Source: Acidobacteriota bacterium (GTDB taxonomy: Bacteria; Acidobacteriota; UBA890; WLXD01). Taken from it: 64,000 nucleotides of DNA. The stretch spans positions 1,728,001-1,792,000 of the forward strand of contig CBDBHB010000009.1 of assembly GCA_965205505.1 (NCBI GenBank), in the 5' to 3' direction. Every line of letters starts with the position of its first letter. The first letter of the stretch is position 1. The notes beneath the pieces were generated by a model. That model saw only the letters and a program-made list of their open reading frames with translations, was not told where the DNA came from and ran no database searches. Below, one piece after another: positions 43,514 to 54,875 of this stretch. The translations under genes were made by a program, and so were the position numbers.

Positions 43514-46500
43514 CTAGCCTTGGGGCCCGCGTTCGCGCAGCCCACGCTTCTGCCATAGGTAATAGACCGTCGGCACGACGACGAGCGTCAGAAGTACAGA
43601 CGTCAACAAGCCGCCGATCATCGGTGCGGCGATGCGTTTGGTCACGCTCGCACCCGTTCCCATGGTCGGCGCCCACATGATCGGTAGAAGGCCGAGCATG
43701 GTGGTGGCCACCGTCATCACCTTCGGGCGCACGCGCTGCACAGCACCTTCGACGACGACTGACAGTAGCTCGTCGGGACCGCACGGCTGGCCGGTGTTAC
43801 GGAGCAGCGCTTGCCGTCGATTCCACGCTTCGTCCATGTAGACGATCATCAGGACCCCGGTCTCCGCGGCGACCCCGGCGAGAGCGATCATGCCGACCCA
43901 GGCGGCGACGCTCAGGTTGTAACCCAGGGCCGAAAGCAGCCAGAAGCCCCCTACGAGCGAGAAGGGCACCGAGGAGAGGACGATCAACGTTCGCGCCAGC
44001 GACCGGAAGTGGAAGTAGAGCAGAAAGAAAACCAGCGCCAGGGTCAGCGGGATCATCACCGACAAGCGCTCGCGCACGCGCTCCAAGTACTCGTACTGCC
44101 CAGCCCATGTAATGAACGTGCCAGCGGGGATCTCCACGCGTTCCAGAAGATAGGGCCGCGCGCTCTCCACGAACTCGTCGATCGGAACGCCGCGCACGTC
44201 TACCGTGACCACGGCCACGAGGGCTCCGTTCTCGCTCTTTATCATCGGCGGCCCGGTGCGCATCTGGATGCGAGCCAGCTGGCCGATAGGCACCTGCGCA
44301 CCGGTCGGGGTCGGAACCAGGACACGACGCAACGCTGCGATGTCGTTGCGTAGATCGCGGGCGTAGCGGACATTTACTGAGTAGCGTTCGCGGCCTTCGA
44401 CCGTCGTGGTCACCGTCTTGCCGCCGATGGCGCTCTCGACGATCGACTCCACGTCGGCGATGGTCAGGCCGTAGCGGGCGATCACCTCTCGATCGATGTC
44501 GAAGTCGAGGAAGTATCCGCCGGTGACACGGTCGGCGAACGCAGAGGCCACTCCCGGGTAGCTGCCGAGCGTCTCCTCGATGGCGATGGCGGTGCGCTCG
44601 ATCTCCTGCAGGTCATCGCCGAAAACCTTCACTGCGAGATTGGAACGAATCCCGGTAGTCAGCATCTCGATGCGCGTCTGAATGGGCATCCACCAGATGT
44701 TGGGCATTCCCGGGAAGCGCAGGAGTGGATCAAGCTCGTCTTGGATCAATCGATCCCAGGTCATACTCGGTCGCCATTGTTCACGTGGCTTGAGCGTGAC
44801 GACGGTCTCGTTCATCGACAGTGGCGCCGGATCGGTGGCCGTTTCGGCGCGCCCCATCTTGCCAAACGCGTGCTCCACCTCGGGAACCTGCACCAGGATC
44901 CGGTCCATGGTCTGGACGACCTGGCGAGCCTCGGCGATCGACATGCCCGGGACCGCCGTCGGCATGTACAAGATGGTCCCCTCGTTCAAGGGCGGCATGA
45001 ACTCGGTGCCAAGCGACCGGTATACCGGAACGGTGGCGAGCACCATGAGCAGTGCCAACACCACGATGCTCTTGCGCCAGCGCAACGCTGCGACGACCAC
45101 GGGCTCGTAGATGGCGATGAGAAACCGGCTGATCGGATGATGGCTTTCCGAGCGCACACGTCCACGTAGCAACGAGACCATCAGGACAGGAGCGAGAGTC
45201 ACCGATAGCACAGCTGCGAAGAACATCGAGAACGTCTTGGTGTAGGCGAGGGGGCGAAACAGTCGGCCTTCCTGCGCCTCCAGTGCAAACACCGGGAGGA
45301 ACGAGACGGTGATTACGAGCAACGAGAAGAACAATGAGGGCCCGACCTCCTTGCACGCCGCGACGATCGTCTCGGTGCGCGATGGCCGGCTCTCAGCGGG
45401 CAGCTTCTCGGCACGCTCCACGTGCTTGTGACCGTTCTCGATCATGACGATCGCCGCATCCACCATGGCGCCCAGCGCCACGGCGATGCCACCCAGCGAC
45501 ATGATGTTGGCTGTCAGGCCCAGGTAGTACATGGGCACGAAGGCAATGAGCGAGGCGACCGGCAGTATGAGGATGGGAACGAGGGCGCTACGCACGTGCC
45601 ACAGGAACAACAGCACAACGGCGGCGACGATCAGCCCCTCTTCGAGGAGTGTGCTGCGCAGCAGCTCGACCGCCCGGTTGATCAGGTCGGAGCGATCGTA
45701 GGTCACCACCAGCTCGACGCCTTCTGGGAAGCCGGGCCTGACCTCATCGATGCGCTGCTTGACGGCCTCGATGACCTCGCTGGCGTTAGCGCCGTAGCGA
45801 GCAATGACGATCCCACCGACGACCTCCCCGCGACCGTCGAGCTCGGCGAGGCCGCGCCTGAGGTCACCTCCGAGGTGCACAGTCGCGATGTCTGACAGCC
45901 GTACGGGGGTTCCGTCGGCGTCGATGGCGACGGCGATCGCTTCGAGATCCTCAACCCGCCTTATGTAGCCACGCGCACGAACGAAGTACTCGAAGCCGGA
46001 GAACTCGATCACATTCCCGCCGACATCGTTGTTGCTCTCGCGGATCTTCCGGATGACGTCCCCGAGCGGGATTCCGTAGCCCAGCAGCTTGTTGGGATCG
46101 ATGTCCACCTGATACTGACGGACGAACCCGCCGACGGCCGCTACCTCCGCCACCCCGGGAACGCTCTCCAGCCAGTAACGCAGGTACCAGTCCTGGAACG
46201 ACCGCAGATCGGCAAGGTCGTTTCTTCCCGTCTCGTCCACCAGCGCGTACTCGAACACCCAACCGATGGCGGTCGCATCGGGTCCGAGTTGGGGAGTCAC
46301 CCCGTCAGGGAGCCGCCCGGTGACCGCGTTCATGTACTCAAGAACCCGTGAGCGAGCCCAGTACATGTCGGTACCGTCCTCGAAGATCGCGTAGACGAAG
46401 GAGTCACCGAACATCGATTGACCGCGCACGGTTCGGACCCGCGGTGCTGACAGCAGCGAGTTGACAACCGGATAGGTGATTTGGTCCTCGACGAGGTCCG

Positions 46501-46672
46501 GGCTGCGCCCCGGCCAGGACGTGTGAACGATCACCTGGACATCCGAGACGTCGGGGATGGCGTCGAGGGGTGTCTCACGGAGGGCCCACACTCCCCAGCC
46601 GCAAGCGAAGCCGACCAGGAGCATCGTCAGCAGGCGGTTGCGGACGCTAGCCTCGATGACGCGCTCGATCAT
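43514..46672 (-). CDS. cusA: CusA/CzcA heavy-metal efflux RND permease
   Basis: LDAIPDVSDVQVI, ANIMSLGG, GAMVDAAIVMIEN and RVRPKVMT; start MIERVI coupled to the cusB stop. Confidence 0.93.
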   Translation of the reverse strand: MIERVIEASVRNRLLTMLLVGFACGWGVWALRETPLDAIPDVSDVQVIVHTSWPGRSPDLVEDQITYPVVNSLLSAPRVRTVRGQSMFGDSFVYAIFEDGTDMYWARSRVLEYMNAVTGRLPDGVTPQLGPDATAIGWVFEYALVDETGRNDLADLRSFQDWYLRYWLESVPGVAEVAAVGGFVRQYQVDIDPNKLLGYGIPLGDVIRKIRESNNDVGGNVIEFSGFEYFVRARGYIRRVEDLEAIAVAIDADGTPVRLSDIATVHLGGDLRRGLAELDGRGEVVGGIVIARYGANASEVIEAVKQRIDEVRPGFPEGVELVVTYDRSDLINRAVELLRSTLLEEGLIVAAVVLLFLWHVRSALVPILILPVASLIAFVPMYYLGLTANIMSLGGIAVALGAMVDAAIVMIENGHKHVERAEKLPAESRPSRTETIVAACKEVGPSLFFSLLVITVSFLPVFALEAQEGRLFRPLAYTKTFSMFFAAVLSVTLAPVLMVSLLRGRVRSESHHPISRFLIAIYEPVVVAALRWRKSIVVLALLMVLATVPVYRSLGTEFMPPLNEGTILYMPTAVPGMSIAEARQVVQTMDRILVQVPEVEHAFGKMGRAETATDPAPLSMNETVVTLKPREQWRPSMTWDRLIQDELDPLLRFPGMPNIWWMPIQTRIEMLTTGIRSNLAVKVFGDDLQEIERTAIAIEETLGSYPGVASAFADRVTGGYFLDFDIDREVIARYGLTIADVESIVESAIGGKTVTTTVEGRERYSVNVRYARDLRNDIAALRRVLVPTPTGAQVPIGQLARIQMRTGPPMIKSENGALVAVVTVDVRGVPIDEFVESARPYLLERVEIPAGTFITWAGQYEYLERVRERLSVMIPLTLALVFFLLYFHFRSLARTLIVLSSVPFSLVGGFWLLSALGYNLSVAAWVGMIALAGVAAETGVLMIVYMDEAWNRRQALLRNTGQPCGPDELLSVVVEGAVQRVRPKVMTVATTMLGLLPIMWAPTMGTGASVTKRIAAPMIGGLLTSVLLTLVVVPTVYYLWQKRGLRERGPQG

Positions 46673-48105
46673 TGCGCACCCTCGGCCTGTGCGATTGGAA
46701 GCGGCACGACGCCGCGGATCTTGCTCTCCGCGTCGACGAGGAAGTTGCCGGAAGTCACGACAGACTCGTTCTCGATGATACCGTCGCGAACGGGGACCAT
46801 CCCGCCGAGCGCCGGACCTGTCGCGATCTCGCGCGCTTGCAGCCGGCCGGCACCGAGGTCTACGAAGACCACTTGCCGCGTGCCGAGATCGATGACCGCC
46901 TCGCGCGGGATCGCGAGAACGGGCGCCGTACTCGCGTCCAGGACGACGTCCCCGTACATGCCGGGTCGCAGGGCCATATCCGGGTTGTCGAACGCCAGCC
47001 GCACCTGCACCGTGCGGGTCGCCCGGTCCAACGTCGGGTACACGTACTCGACGCGACCGCGCCAGACTCGATCGGCTCCATACGCGAGGTTCAGGGAGGC
47101 CCGCATGCCCTCGCGAACGAACGACACCTCGCTCTCGTAGACATCCGCCATTACCCAAACTCGGCTCAGGTCGGCGATTCGATATAGGCGCATGGAGGCG
47201 TCCACCCGCATGCCCTCGACCGCGTGCTTCTCGATCACGTAACCGCCGGCCGGGGACAGGATCGCCATCGAGTCGACAACCTTGCCGCCAGTGTCGAGTT
47301 GGTGGACCTGCTCGGGTGTGAGGCCGGCCAAGAGCAGCCTTCGGCTTGTCGTCTGCACAAGCGACTCAGCGCGCTGGACGAGCTCGTCCACCGGACTCGC
47401 TTTCACCCTCCGGGCGTTTTCCCGAGCCAGCAGGTACTCGCGCTGGGTGCTCACCAGGTCGGGGCTGTAAAGCTCCAGCAGCGGGTCACCCTGGCGGACT
47501 AGTTGTCCCGTCTCAGCTACATGGAGCTTCTCGATCCAGCCCGGCACCCGCAGGTTGACGTCGACGATACGATTCTCGTCGTATGTCACGTGACCGACCG
47601 TACGAAGCGAATGCCGCAGCGAGTGACGTTGCACCGGCGTCGTGGTCACGCCGATCGCCTGCTGCCAGGAGGTGTCGATCCTGAAGGTCGCCCGGCTAGC
47701 GGGCGTGTCACCCGCAGTGGCCGCCGGCGGGCGCATCCCCGGCATCGCGTCCATTCGCATGCCGGGTCGGTCGCCACTCCCGGCGGCCTCCGGCTCCATG
47801 CCCGGTTTATAGACCGGAACGAGATCCATGCTGCAGATCGGGCAGGTTCCGGGCTCCAGGTGACGGACGGACGGATGCATCGAGCATGTCCAGTAGTCGA
47901 TCAAGTCGTCGTGCTCGTGCTCAACGAGACGCCCGGCGCCGAGCCTGTCCGCTAGCCAGGCCTCGATGCCGGGTCCCAACACCGGCACATGAGCAACCAG
48001 GCGAATCGCTGCTGCGGGGTAGCGAGCTGCGGCTCCCGCAGCGAGTCCAACGACGATGGTGACGGCGGCGATCGCGATCCACCGCCGCCTTCCATGGCGA
48101 CTCAT
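46669..48105 (-). CDS. cusB: CusB-like efflux RND periplasmic adaptor with heavy-metal-binding domain
   Basis: YWTCSMHP...GTCPICSMDL, YSPDLVSTQREY and LRPGMY. Confidence 0.9.
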   Translation of the reverse strand: MSRHGRRRWIAIAAVTIVVGLAAGAAARYPAAAIRLVAHVPVLGPGIEAWLADRLGAGRLVEHEHDDLIDYWTCSMHPSVRHLEPGTCPICSMDLVPVYKPGMEPEAAGSGDRPGMRMDAMPGMRPPAATAGDTPASRATFRIDTSWQQAIGVTTTPVQRHSLRHSLRTVGHVTYDENRIVDVNLRVPGWIEKLHVAETGQLVRQGDPLLELYSPDLVSTQREYLLARENARRVKASPVDELVQRAESLVQTTSRRLLLAGLTPEQVHQLDTGGKVVDSMAILSPAGGYVIEKHAVEGMRVDASMRLYRIADLSRVWVMADVYESEVSFVREGMRASLNLAYGADRVWRGRVEYVYPTLDRATRTVQVRLAFDNPDMALRPGMYGDVVLDASTAPVLAIPREAVIDLGTRQVVFVDLGAGRLQAREIATGPALGGMVPVRDGIIENESVVTSGNFLVDAESKIRGVVPLPIAQAEGAQ

Positions 48106-49414
48106 CGAAGCACCTCCTCATCCGGCAGCCGGACAACTCCGAGTGCCTCGGCCAGGTCGGCGATGCCGATGCCAAGATCGGCCTCTGCACGAGCCAAGCC
48201 GAGTCGGTTCAACAGAAGATCGCGCTCGGCATCGATGACGCTCACGAAAGGAGCTTGGTCGGTTTCATAGGCACTCTGCGCGGCCGTCAAGGTGGGGGCA
48301 ATAGCGTCGTGCGGTAGAGCTCGCCTATGCGCTCACTGGCGGTCACTCTGTGCCACGCCGCTGCGATGTCCCGGCGCACTTCGTCGAAGCGCGCTTGACG
48401 TTCGGCGATCGCTGCCAGCTTCTGCGCGCGCGCTTGCGATACGGCCGCCGAGTAGCTGCGTTTGTTCACCCAAGGGAGCGTGACCGTCGCCAGGAGCGCG
48501 TAACGCTCGAAGCGGCCACCCATGCCGTCGTCGGCCGTCCACCACTCCGCCATGACCGTGAAGTCGGGCTTCGCCTCGTGTCGCTCGGACTCGACACGCG
48601 CCTGCTCGCGGCCAATCGCGGCGTCGGCGGCCGCCAGCGTGGGGTTACCTGCCGCCGACGCGAGCAAGTCGTCCAGCACGAGTCCGGCGCTGACCTCCTC
48701 TAGGTCGTGATCCGGGCGCCCAATCGGCGCGTTGGGCGGCCGATGCAACAGCGCATTGAGAACGGCGCGCGAGCTCTGCAGCTGCGCGTCGACGTTGGCG
48801 AGCTGGGCAAATAGTCCCGTCAGCTCCTGCAACACACGAAGAACGTTCGCCTGCGGTACTAATCCGGTGGCGTAGCGCTCCTCGGCGACCGACGACAATT
48901 CCCGCACCAGCGTCAGATGCTCGTGGTGAATCTCGCGTCCACGCTCGGCGAAATACAACGCGTGGTACGCACGACGTGCGGCTGCTGCGATACGGACGCC
49001 GGCCTCCTCGACCAGATGCTCTCGGCGTTCCGTTTCTCTCTCCGCAACCGCCACGCGGCGGTCAAGCGTGCCGGGGTAGGGTAGGTCCTGGGCGAGCTGA
49101 ATACGCAGCTGCCCCCCCAGTGCATCCAGCGAGGGAAACGGAACAGCGTAGAAACCCGTTCGCAGCCTCGGGTCCGGAAGTGCATCCACGTGGGTGGCTG
49201 CTTGCGCCGCCGCGATCAGACGTTGCCGTGTAGCTTCCAGGGTTGGATTGGCATCGATCGCCGCGGCGATGACCGTATCGAGATCAATCGGTGAGCGGGA
49301 CAGCGGATCGATGATCGCTTCGTTGGTTTCTCGAAGAAGATTGGATTGGGCGTTGGCGCTTGCTGGCAGCAGCGTAAGTAGCGCCAGACACGTGGCCAGA
49401 GTTGCGGTTCTCAT
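48102..49414 (-). pseudogene. TolC-family outer-membrane factor, frameshifted near 48290
   Basis: Signal peptide, ALPDP, QDLPYPG; C-terminus AYETDQAPFVSVIDAER in the other frame. Confidence 0.8.
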
Positions 49415-49554
49415 GTGGATCCGGGGTTTTGAAGCGGCGGGAGTGTAGAGGCCGACACGCTGAATCGCCTGTCGGCGGGCCCGATGAGGGAGCCCTACCT
49501 GAGGCGATCTCTAGTAGCTGCGTCGGCGTTGAGTCGCCGGGTCAGATGTTCGGA

Positions 49555-49929
49555 TCAGAGCCTGAGAACCGTGAGGCGATCCGGAAGTAGCACCAGAGAG
49601 AGCCCGGGAGGTTCCCACTCCCACAGCTCTGGCGCTGCTTGTGTGCCGACTAGCGCCCGGGTGGGCAGCGACAACGTGTGGGGTGGCATCGGGGTGCCTA
49701 CCGGCCCCGGGAACACGCCGCTTTTTCCCGCCGACACGTCGCCAACTCTGGTGGTTGGTGGCCCGAAATCGCAGCATGACGCCCATAGCCCGGGGCATCG
49801 CGCGGGCGCCCCGCGATCGGAGGACTCGATCGTCTCGCAGTTATCCAACAGCGATGAAATCAGCGGCGTGGCGCTGATCGCCAGGAGCGCGACAACGAAA
49901 CAGGCGCGCAGAGTTCGGGTAGGTCGCAT
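49555..49929 (-). CDS. Small Cys/Pro-rich protein upstream of the metal-efflux operon
   Basis: Hydrophobic N-terminus, CC motif, Pro-rich middle and VLRL C-terminus, as in leader-type proteins before cus/czc operons. Confidence 0.55.
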   Translation of the reverse strand: MRPTRTLRACFVVALLAISATPLISSLLDNCETIESSDRGAPARCPGLWASCCDFGPPTTRVGDVSAGKSGVFPGPVGTPMPPHTLSLPTRALVGTQAAPELWEWEPPGLSLVLLPDRLTVLRL

Positions 49930-50245
49930 CGGTTGGTGGCCGTCCCCTTGAGACAGGCGTCTGAGGCTTCTTCTTGAGCATACACGCGGGGCTCGGAACG
50001 GGCACCGCCTCGGCAACCTTCGCCCGGAGCCGAGCGTTGCGTCTTCAACTCGAGAGTGCCGTTCGACTAGCGGCCTGCTAGGGGATCGAGCTAGGGAGCG
50101 GGGTCTTGCTCGATGATCGGCTACGCTTACGCCCGCGATGAAGACGCCGTAGACTGGAAGCGACATCCAGGACCAGCACACGACTGGCAAAACGAGCCGC
50201 GCCCGGAACCTCGCCCGGATATCTTCTGACATGGACAACGCCTGA

Positions 50246-51517
50246 TTGCTCCCAACTGCGGCGGTCGTGCGCCAGGCCTCGGTCGTTCTGTCCGTCCTCG
50301 GATGTCTAGGCGCGGCGGCCTGCCAACAGCCGGCCCTGCTTCGGGTCGCCCTCTATCCATACGTGCCCGATGGCCGAGGGTTGTTTCAGGAGCTCGAAGC
50401 TGCCTTTGAGGCCTCTCACCCGGGCGTGAATCTGGAGTTGGTGGAGACCTTCCGTGAGCCGATTTCGGGAGAGCTCACGCCCCTGTCACGGTCGTACTAC
50501 AGCGGTGGACTACTGTCCGCTGAGGCCGACGTCTACGAGATCGATACCGTGCTCCTCGACGACATGGTTCATGCGGGGAAACTGACGGCGCTCGGCTCCG
50601 TCACAGATCGCTTCGTCGAGGGTGCCCTCGCGGCGAGTAGCGTGGATGGCTCGATCTGGGCGATCCCACACTGGGTGTGTGGCAACTTCCTCTACTACGC
50701 AGCTGACGATCACGAGATCAGAGAGGCGGCAACCTGGGACGCGCTCCTTGAGGTCCTGGACCACGGAGCAGGGGGGCTGCTCATAGATCTCAGCGCGTCT
50801 ACTTTGGGCGAGTGGTACATCACGGCGCTCGCTGCCGGTGGAGCCGGGCGGCAGGAGATCCTTCGCGATCTCGCCGCCCCGGCGCTCGACGAGGAGGTAG
50901 TGTCGCTTCTTGCTGAAACCCTGGATTCGTGCCCGGCTGGCTCTTGTCGAAGCGACACGTATCACGACCGCGTCGGGTACTACGCGCGGCGGTTCGCCCG
51001 AGGACAAGCTCGAGCCTATGTGGGCTATTCCGAGATGGTTCATTTCGCGCTGAGCGAGATCGCCAACGATTGCGGACTCGACGACGCCTGCTTGAGCGCG
51101 GAGTCGATCGCGGTTCGCGCACTCCCCCGTGCTCAGGGCGGAACCGCGGCAGTGGGGTGGGTGGACGGGCTCGCCGTGGCCGCCGATCTGCCGCGTGAGC
51201 GTGAGCGGCTGGCGCGGGAGTTCATCTCCTTTCTGACCTCGTGGGACGGCTACCACCTCGTCCTGGATGCGGAGTGGCCAGACGCTCCCCGCTACTTGAT
51301 GCCGGCGGTGCGTTTCTCGAGTGATGAGCTTGCTGCACTAGGCCCGTTGTATCCTGCCTTCTTCGGCGCCTATCAGGACCGATTGTTCCTAACCGGCGAC
51401 GGGATAGACGAAGTGCTTCGAGCGAAGGCTCAGCTGCTCGATTGTGCTCTTCCATCAGGCCGACTCTGCGACGACCTTGCGCAGGACGTCGACCTGCCGG
51501 GCGATCTCCGACGATGA
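50246..51517 (+). CDS. Thiaminase I (thiamine pyridinylase), solute-binding-protein fold
   Basis: LYPYVPD, DVYEIDT, PHWVCGNFLYY (nucleophile Cys) and YVGYSE (general-base Glu); lipoprotein-like N-terminus. Confidence 0.75.
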   Translation: MLPTAAVVRQASVVLSVLGCLGAAACQQPALLRVALYPYVPDGRGLFQELEAAFEASHPGVNLELVETFREPISGELTPLSRSYYSGGLLSAEADVYEIDTVLLDDMVHAGKLTALGSVTDRFVEGALAASSVDGSIWAIPHWVCGNFLYYAADDHEIREAATWDALLEVLDHGAGGLLIDLSASTLGEWYITALAAGGAGRQEILRDLAAPALDEEVVSLLAETLDSCPAGSCRSDTYHDRVGYYARRFARGQARAYVGYSEMVHFALSEIANDCGLDDACLSAESIAVRALPRAQGGTAAVGWVDGLAVAADLPRERERLAREFISFLTSWDGYHLVLDAEWPDAPRYLMPAVRFSSDELAALGPLYPAFFGAYQDRLFLTGDGIDEVLRAKAQLLDCALPSGRLCDDLAQDVDLPGDLRR

Positions 51518-52837
51518 AGAGCCGCCGTGTGATCGGCGGCGTTCCGCCGCATCGCGCGGCGAGCCGACGCCAGACACCACCTCCCCGAGCCCGGGATGGA
51601 GAGCCTCGAGTTCGTCGCCGGACAAGCCGTCCAGCGTGCAGCCTCGGTCCTCGCAACGGCGGACCAACCGAGCGGTGATTCCGTGCGCGGTGCGGAACGG
51701 CAGGCCGCGGCGGGCGAGCTCGTCGGCCACCTCGGTTGCCAGACTGAAGTCGCCAACCAGATCGGCCTCGAAGCGCTCGCAGTCGATCGACAGAGTTCGC
51801 CACACCTCCGTCATCACGAGTACACAGTCGAGCGTTGTCTTGACGGCCGCGAACAGCGCCTCTCGATCTTGCTGCAAGTCGCGGTTGTAGGCGAAGGGCT
51901 GAGAACGAGGCAGGGCCAGCAGGGTAGTGCAGTTGCCGAGCACGGATGCTGACTTGCCGCGAACGAGCTCCGCGGCGTCGGGGTTGCGCTTTTGCGGCAT
52001 GATGCTCGATCCGGTGGAATAGGCATCGCTGAGACGAACGAACGCGAACTCGGCCGAGCTCCAGAGGACGAGTTCCGCGGCCATGCGCGAGAGGTTGCAG
52101 CACAGGATCGAACACGCTCCGGCGACCTCCTGAACGTGGTCCCGTGCGGCTACCGAATCCATGGCGTTTTCGGTTGGGGCACGAAAATCGAGGAGCTCGG
52201 CGGTGCGATGCCGATCGATAGGGAACGAAGTGCCCGCCATCGCACACGCCCCCAGAGGACACTCGTCGAATCGATGCGATGCATCGCGTACTCTGCCGAG
52301 GTCGCGTGACAACGGCCATGCATACGCCAGCAGATGGTGGCCGAAGAGGATCGGTTGCCCTCGTTGTAGGTGGGTGTATCCGGGCAAAACCGTGGAGCCG
52401 TCGCTTTCGACCCGGTCCAGGAGCACACGCAGCAGTTCGATCAGCGCACCATCGAGCAGTCGCAGACGCGTCTTGAGCCACAGGCGCAGGTCGGTGGCCA
52501 CCTGGTCGTTGCGCGATCGAGCCGTATGCAGTTTGCCTGCGACGTCACCAAGGAGCTCGGACAGGCGCGCCTCGACTGCCATGTGCACGTCCTCGAACTG
52601 CTCGCCTGGCACCCAGGCCCCCGACGCAAGGTCTTCGCGCAATCGTGCCAGCCCGTCGCACAGCGCCGTAGATTCCTGTTCCGAGATGATGCCGGTTTCG
52701 CCGAGCATTTGCGCGTGAGCGAGCGATCCCTGTATGTCCTCGTCGAGCATCTGCAGATCGATCTGCAGCGACGACGCAAAGCGCTGCATGAGCTCGTCGA
52801 CCCCCGCGTCGAAGCGGCCACGGAGTAGTGACATCAT
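51455..52837 (-). CDS. argH: Argininosuccinate lyase
   Basis: [26 protein letters not shown] and [14 protein letters not shown]. Confidence 0.97.
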   Translation of the reverse strand: MMSLLRGRFDAGVDELMQRFASSLQIDLQMLDEDIQGSLAHAQMLGETGIISEQESTALCDGLARLREDLASGAWVPGEQFEDVHMAVEARLSELLGDVAGKLHTARSRNDQVATDLRLWLKTRLRLLDGALIELLRVLLDRVESDGSTVLPGYTHLQRGQPILFGHHLLAYAWPLSRDLGRVRDASHRFDECPLGACAMAGTSFPIDRHRTAELLDFRAPTENAMDSVAARDHVQEVAGACSILCCNLSRMAAELVLWSSAEFAFVRLSDAYSTGSSIMPQKRNPDAAELVRGKSASVLGNCTTLLALPRSQPFAYNRDLQQDREALFAAVKTTLDCVLVMTEVWRTLSIDCERFEADLVGDFSLATEVADELARRGLPFRTAHGITARLVRRCEDRGCTLDGLSGDELEALHPGLGEVVSGVGSPRDAAERRRSHGGSSSSEIARQVDVLRKVVAESA

Positions 52838-54039
52838 TCGCCCTCTGAGATGCGCCGCGCGCCCAGAGTGCGCAGCCGCAGTGCGCGCAGCCGGATGAAG
52901 CCGGTGGCATCGCTCTGGTCGTAAACGTCGTCGGCCTCGAAGGTTACCGTAGCCTTGTCGTAGAGCGTACGGGTAGCCGAGCGCCGCCCAACGATCGTGG
53001 CGGCGCCCTTGTACAGCTTCAGACGCCCGTCACCAGTCACGCGTTCCTGCACCGAGTCCATGAACTGTTGCAGGGCCTCGCGCTCGGGGCTGAACCAGAG
53101 GCCGTTGTATACCATCTCGGCGTAGCGCGGCACGAGCTCGTCGCGCAGGTGCTGCACCTCACGGTCGAGCGTAATCGACTCGACGGCGCGATGAGCGTGC
53201 ATGAGCAACGTCATGCCGGGAGTTTCGTAGACGCCACGGCTCTTCATACCCAGAAAGCGGTTTTCAACCATGTCCACGCGGCCGACGCCGTGGCGTCCAC
53301 CGATCTCGTTGGCGCGCTCCACCAGAGCTACCGGCGGAAGCTCCTCGGCGTTGATGGCGACGGGCACTCCCTCGTGGAACGAGATTTCGACGTATTCAGG
53401 CTCGTCCGGTGCGTTCTCGGGGTCGGTAGTCATGCGGAACATGCCGGGTGGCGACGCGGCCCACGGGTCCTCGAGCACGCCACCTTCGTAGGAAATGTGC
53501 ATGAGGTTGGCGTCCATCGAGTACTCAGGCCGGGGCGCCGCCGATAGATCGATCCCGTGTTCCCGAGCGTAGCTGATTAGGTCGGAGCGTCCTTTGAAGC
53601 TCCATTCGCGCCACGGGGCAATGACTTTGATGTCCGGCTTGAGCGCGTATGCCGCCATCTCGAAGCGGATCTGGTCGTTGCCCTTGCCGGTGGCGCCGTG
53701 CGCGATGGCCTCGGCGCCGTGCTTCTCGGCTGCGCGCACAAGGCCGCGGGCAATTACCGGCCGCGCCAACGCGGTACCCATGAGGTAGTACCACTCGTAG
53801 ACCGCGTTGGCGCGCAGCGCGGGGAAGATGCAATCGGTGACGAATTCCTCGCGCAGGTCGTCGATCTCGATCGCGCTCGCGCCTGTGCGCTTGGCGGCCA
53901 GGCGCGCATTGCTTACCTCTTCGCTACCCTGGCCGACATCCCCCGTATAGGCGATCACCTCGGCATCATACTTCTCCTGAATCCACCGCAGGATGACCGA
54001 CGTGTCGAGCCCTCCCGAGTACGCCAGCACGACTTTCAT
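52834..54039 (-). CDS. argG: Argininosuccinate synthase
   Basis: [23 protein letters not shown] and [12 protein letters not shown]. Confidence 0.98.
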   Translation of the reverse strand: MKVVLAYSGGLDTSVILRWIQEKYDAEVIAYTGDVGQGSEEVSNARLAAKRTGASAIEIDDLREEFVTDCIFPALRANAVYEWYYLMGTALARPVIARGLVRAAEKHGAEAIAHGATGKGNDQIRFEMAAYALKPDIKVIAPWREWSFKGRSDLISYAREHGIDLSAAPRPEYSMDANLMHISYEGGVLEDPWAASPPGMFRMTTDPENAPDEPEYVEISFHEGVPVAINAEELPPVALVERANEIGGRHGVGRVDMVENRFLGMKSRGVYETPGMTLLMHAHRAVESITLDREVQHLRDELVPRYAEMVYNGLWFSPEREALQQFMDSVQERVTGDGRLKLYKGAATIVGRRSATRTLYDKATVTFEADDVYDQSDATGFIRLRALRLRTLGARRISEGE

Positions 54040-54040
54040 G

Positions 54041-54514
54041 TCAGGCCTCCAGTATCGATTCGAGTTTACGCGCGAGCCGGCTGCCGCCTCTGGCGGACCG
54101 GGTCACGATGAGCAGGGTGTCGTCGCCAGCTACGGTTCCGAGGACCTCGGGCAGGCGGCCGCGATCGCGGGTATCGTCGAGCGCCACACCAACGGCGTGG
54201 GCGCCGCCAGGAGGTGTGCGGATGACCACGATGTTGGCGGAGCTAGAGATCTCGTGGACGAATTGTCGGAATCGATCGTGAAGCTCGTCGGCTTGGACCG
54301 CGGTTGCGACCAGCCGGTAGATCGTGCTGGCGCCGTCGAGCGATTCCCGTACGGCTCCGATGGCAGAGAGATCGCGCGACACCGTTGCCTGGCTGACGGT
54401 GTGGCCGCGGATCCCCAGAAGGCGAAGGAACTCCTCTTGCGAGGAGATCTCCTGGCGCGCGATCAGGCGACGTAAGAGGAGACGGCGGTGGGCAGCGTTG
54501 GTGCGAGTCGGCAT
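54041..54514 (-). CDS. argR: Arginine repressor
   Basis: SQATVSRDL and GTVAGDDT. Confidence 0.95.
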   Translation of the reverse strand: MPTRTNAAHRRLLLRRLIARQEISSQEEFLRLLGIRGHTVSQATVSRDLSAIGAVRESLDGASTIYRLVATAVQADELHDRFRQFVHEISSSANIVVIRTPPGGAHAVGVALDDTRDRGRLPEVLGTVAGDDTLLIVTRSARGGSRLARKLESILEA

Positions 54515-54527
54515 GGAGAATCATGGT

Positions 54528-54562
54528 TCTAAGAAAATTCACATATGCGCATATTACTGCAA
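54528..54562 (-). promoter_or_regulatory. Tandem ARG-box-like operators
   Basis: Minus strand TTGCAGTAATATGCGC and TGTGAATTTTCTTAGA, AT-rich, just upstream of argR. Confidence 0.6.
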
Positions 54563-54875
54563 GATCACGGCAACTGTCTCCGGGAGATCTCGCTCTTGCC
54601 AGTTGAAGTACTTGTGGGCGCCTCTTTATCTGCGGTGTCAGTTTCCGCCGTCCGCATAACGTACCTGCTAACACGGTACTGTCGAGTTAACCGGCAGCGT
54701 AGCAGGGGCGCTCGAGTCAATGCGGCGAGAGCGCTGGTGCATCACACGACCGTGCGAGAGGGGAGAGAGGCCAGTGAGCGAGTGCCCGATCCTGGACGCC
54801 ATCGGACGAGGTGGGTCGTTCGGAGGCTGCGCCGCGGCGGAAAGGCAGCGGAACAGCTTGAACGGCAACGCGATC

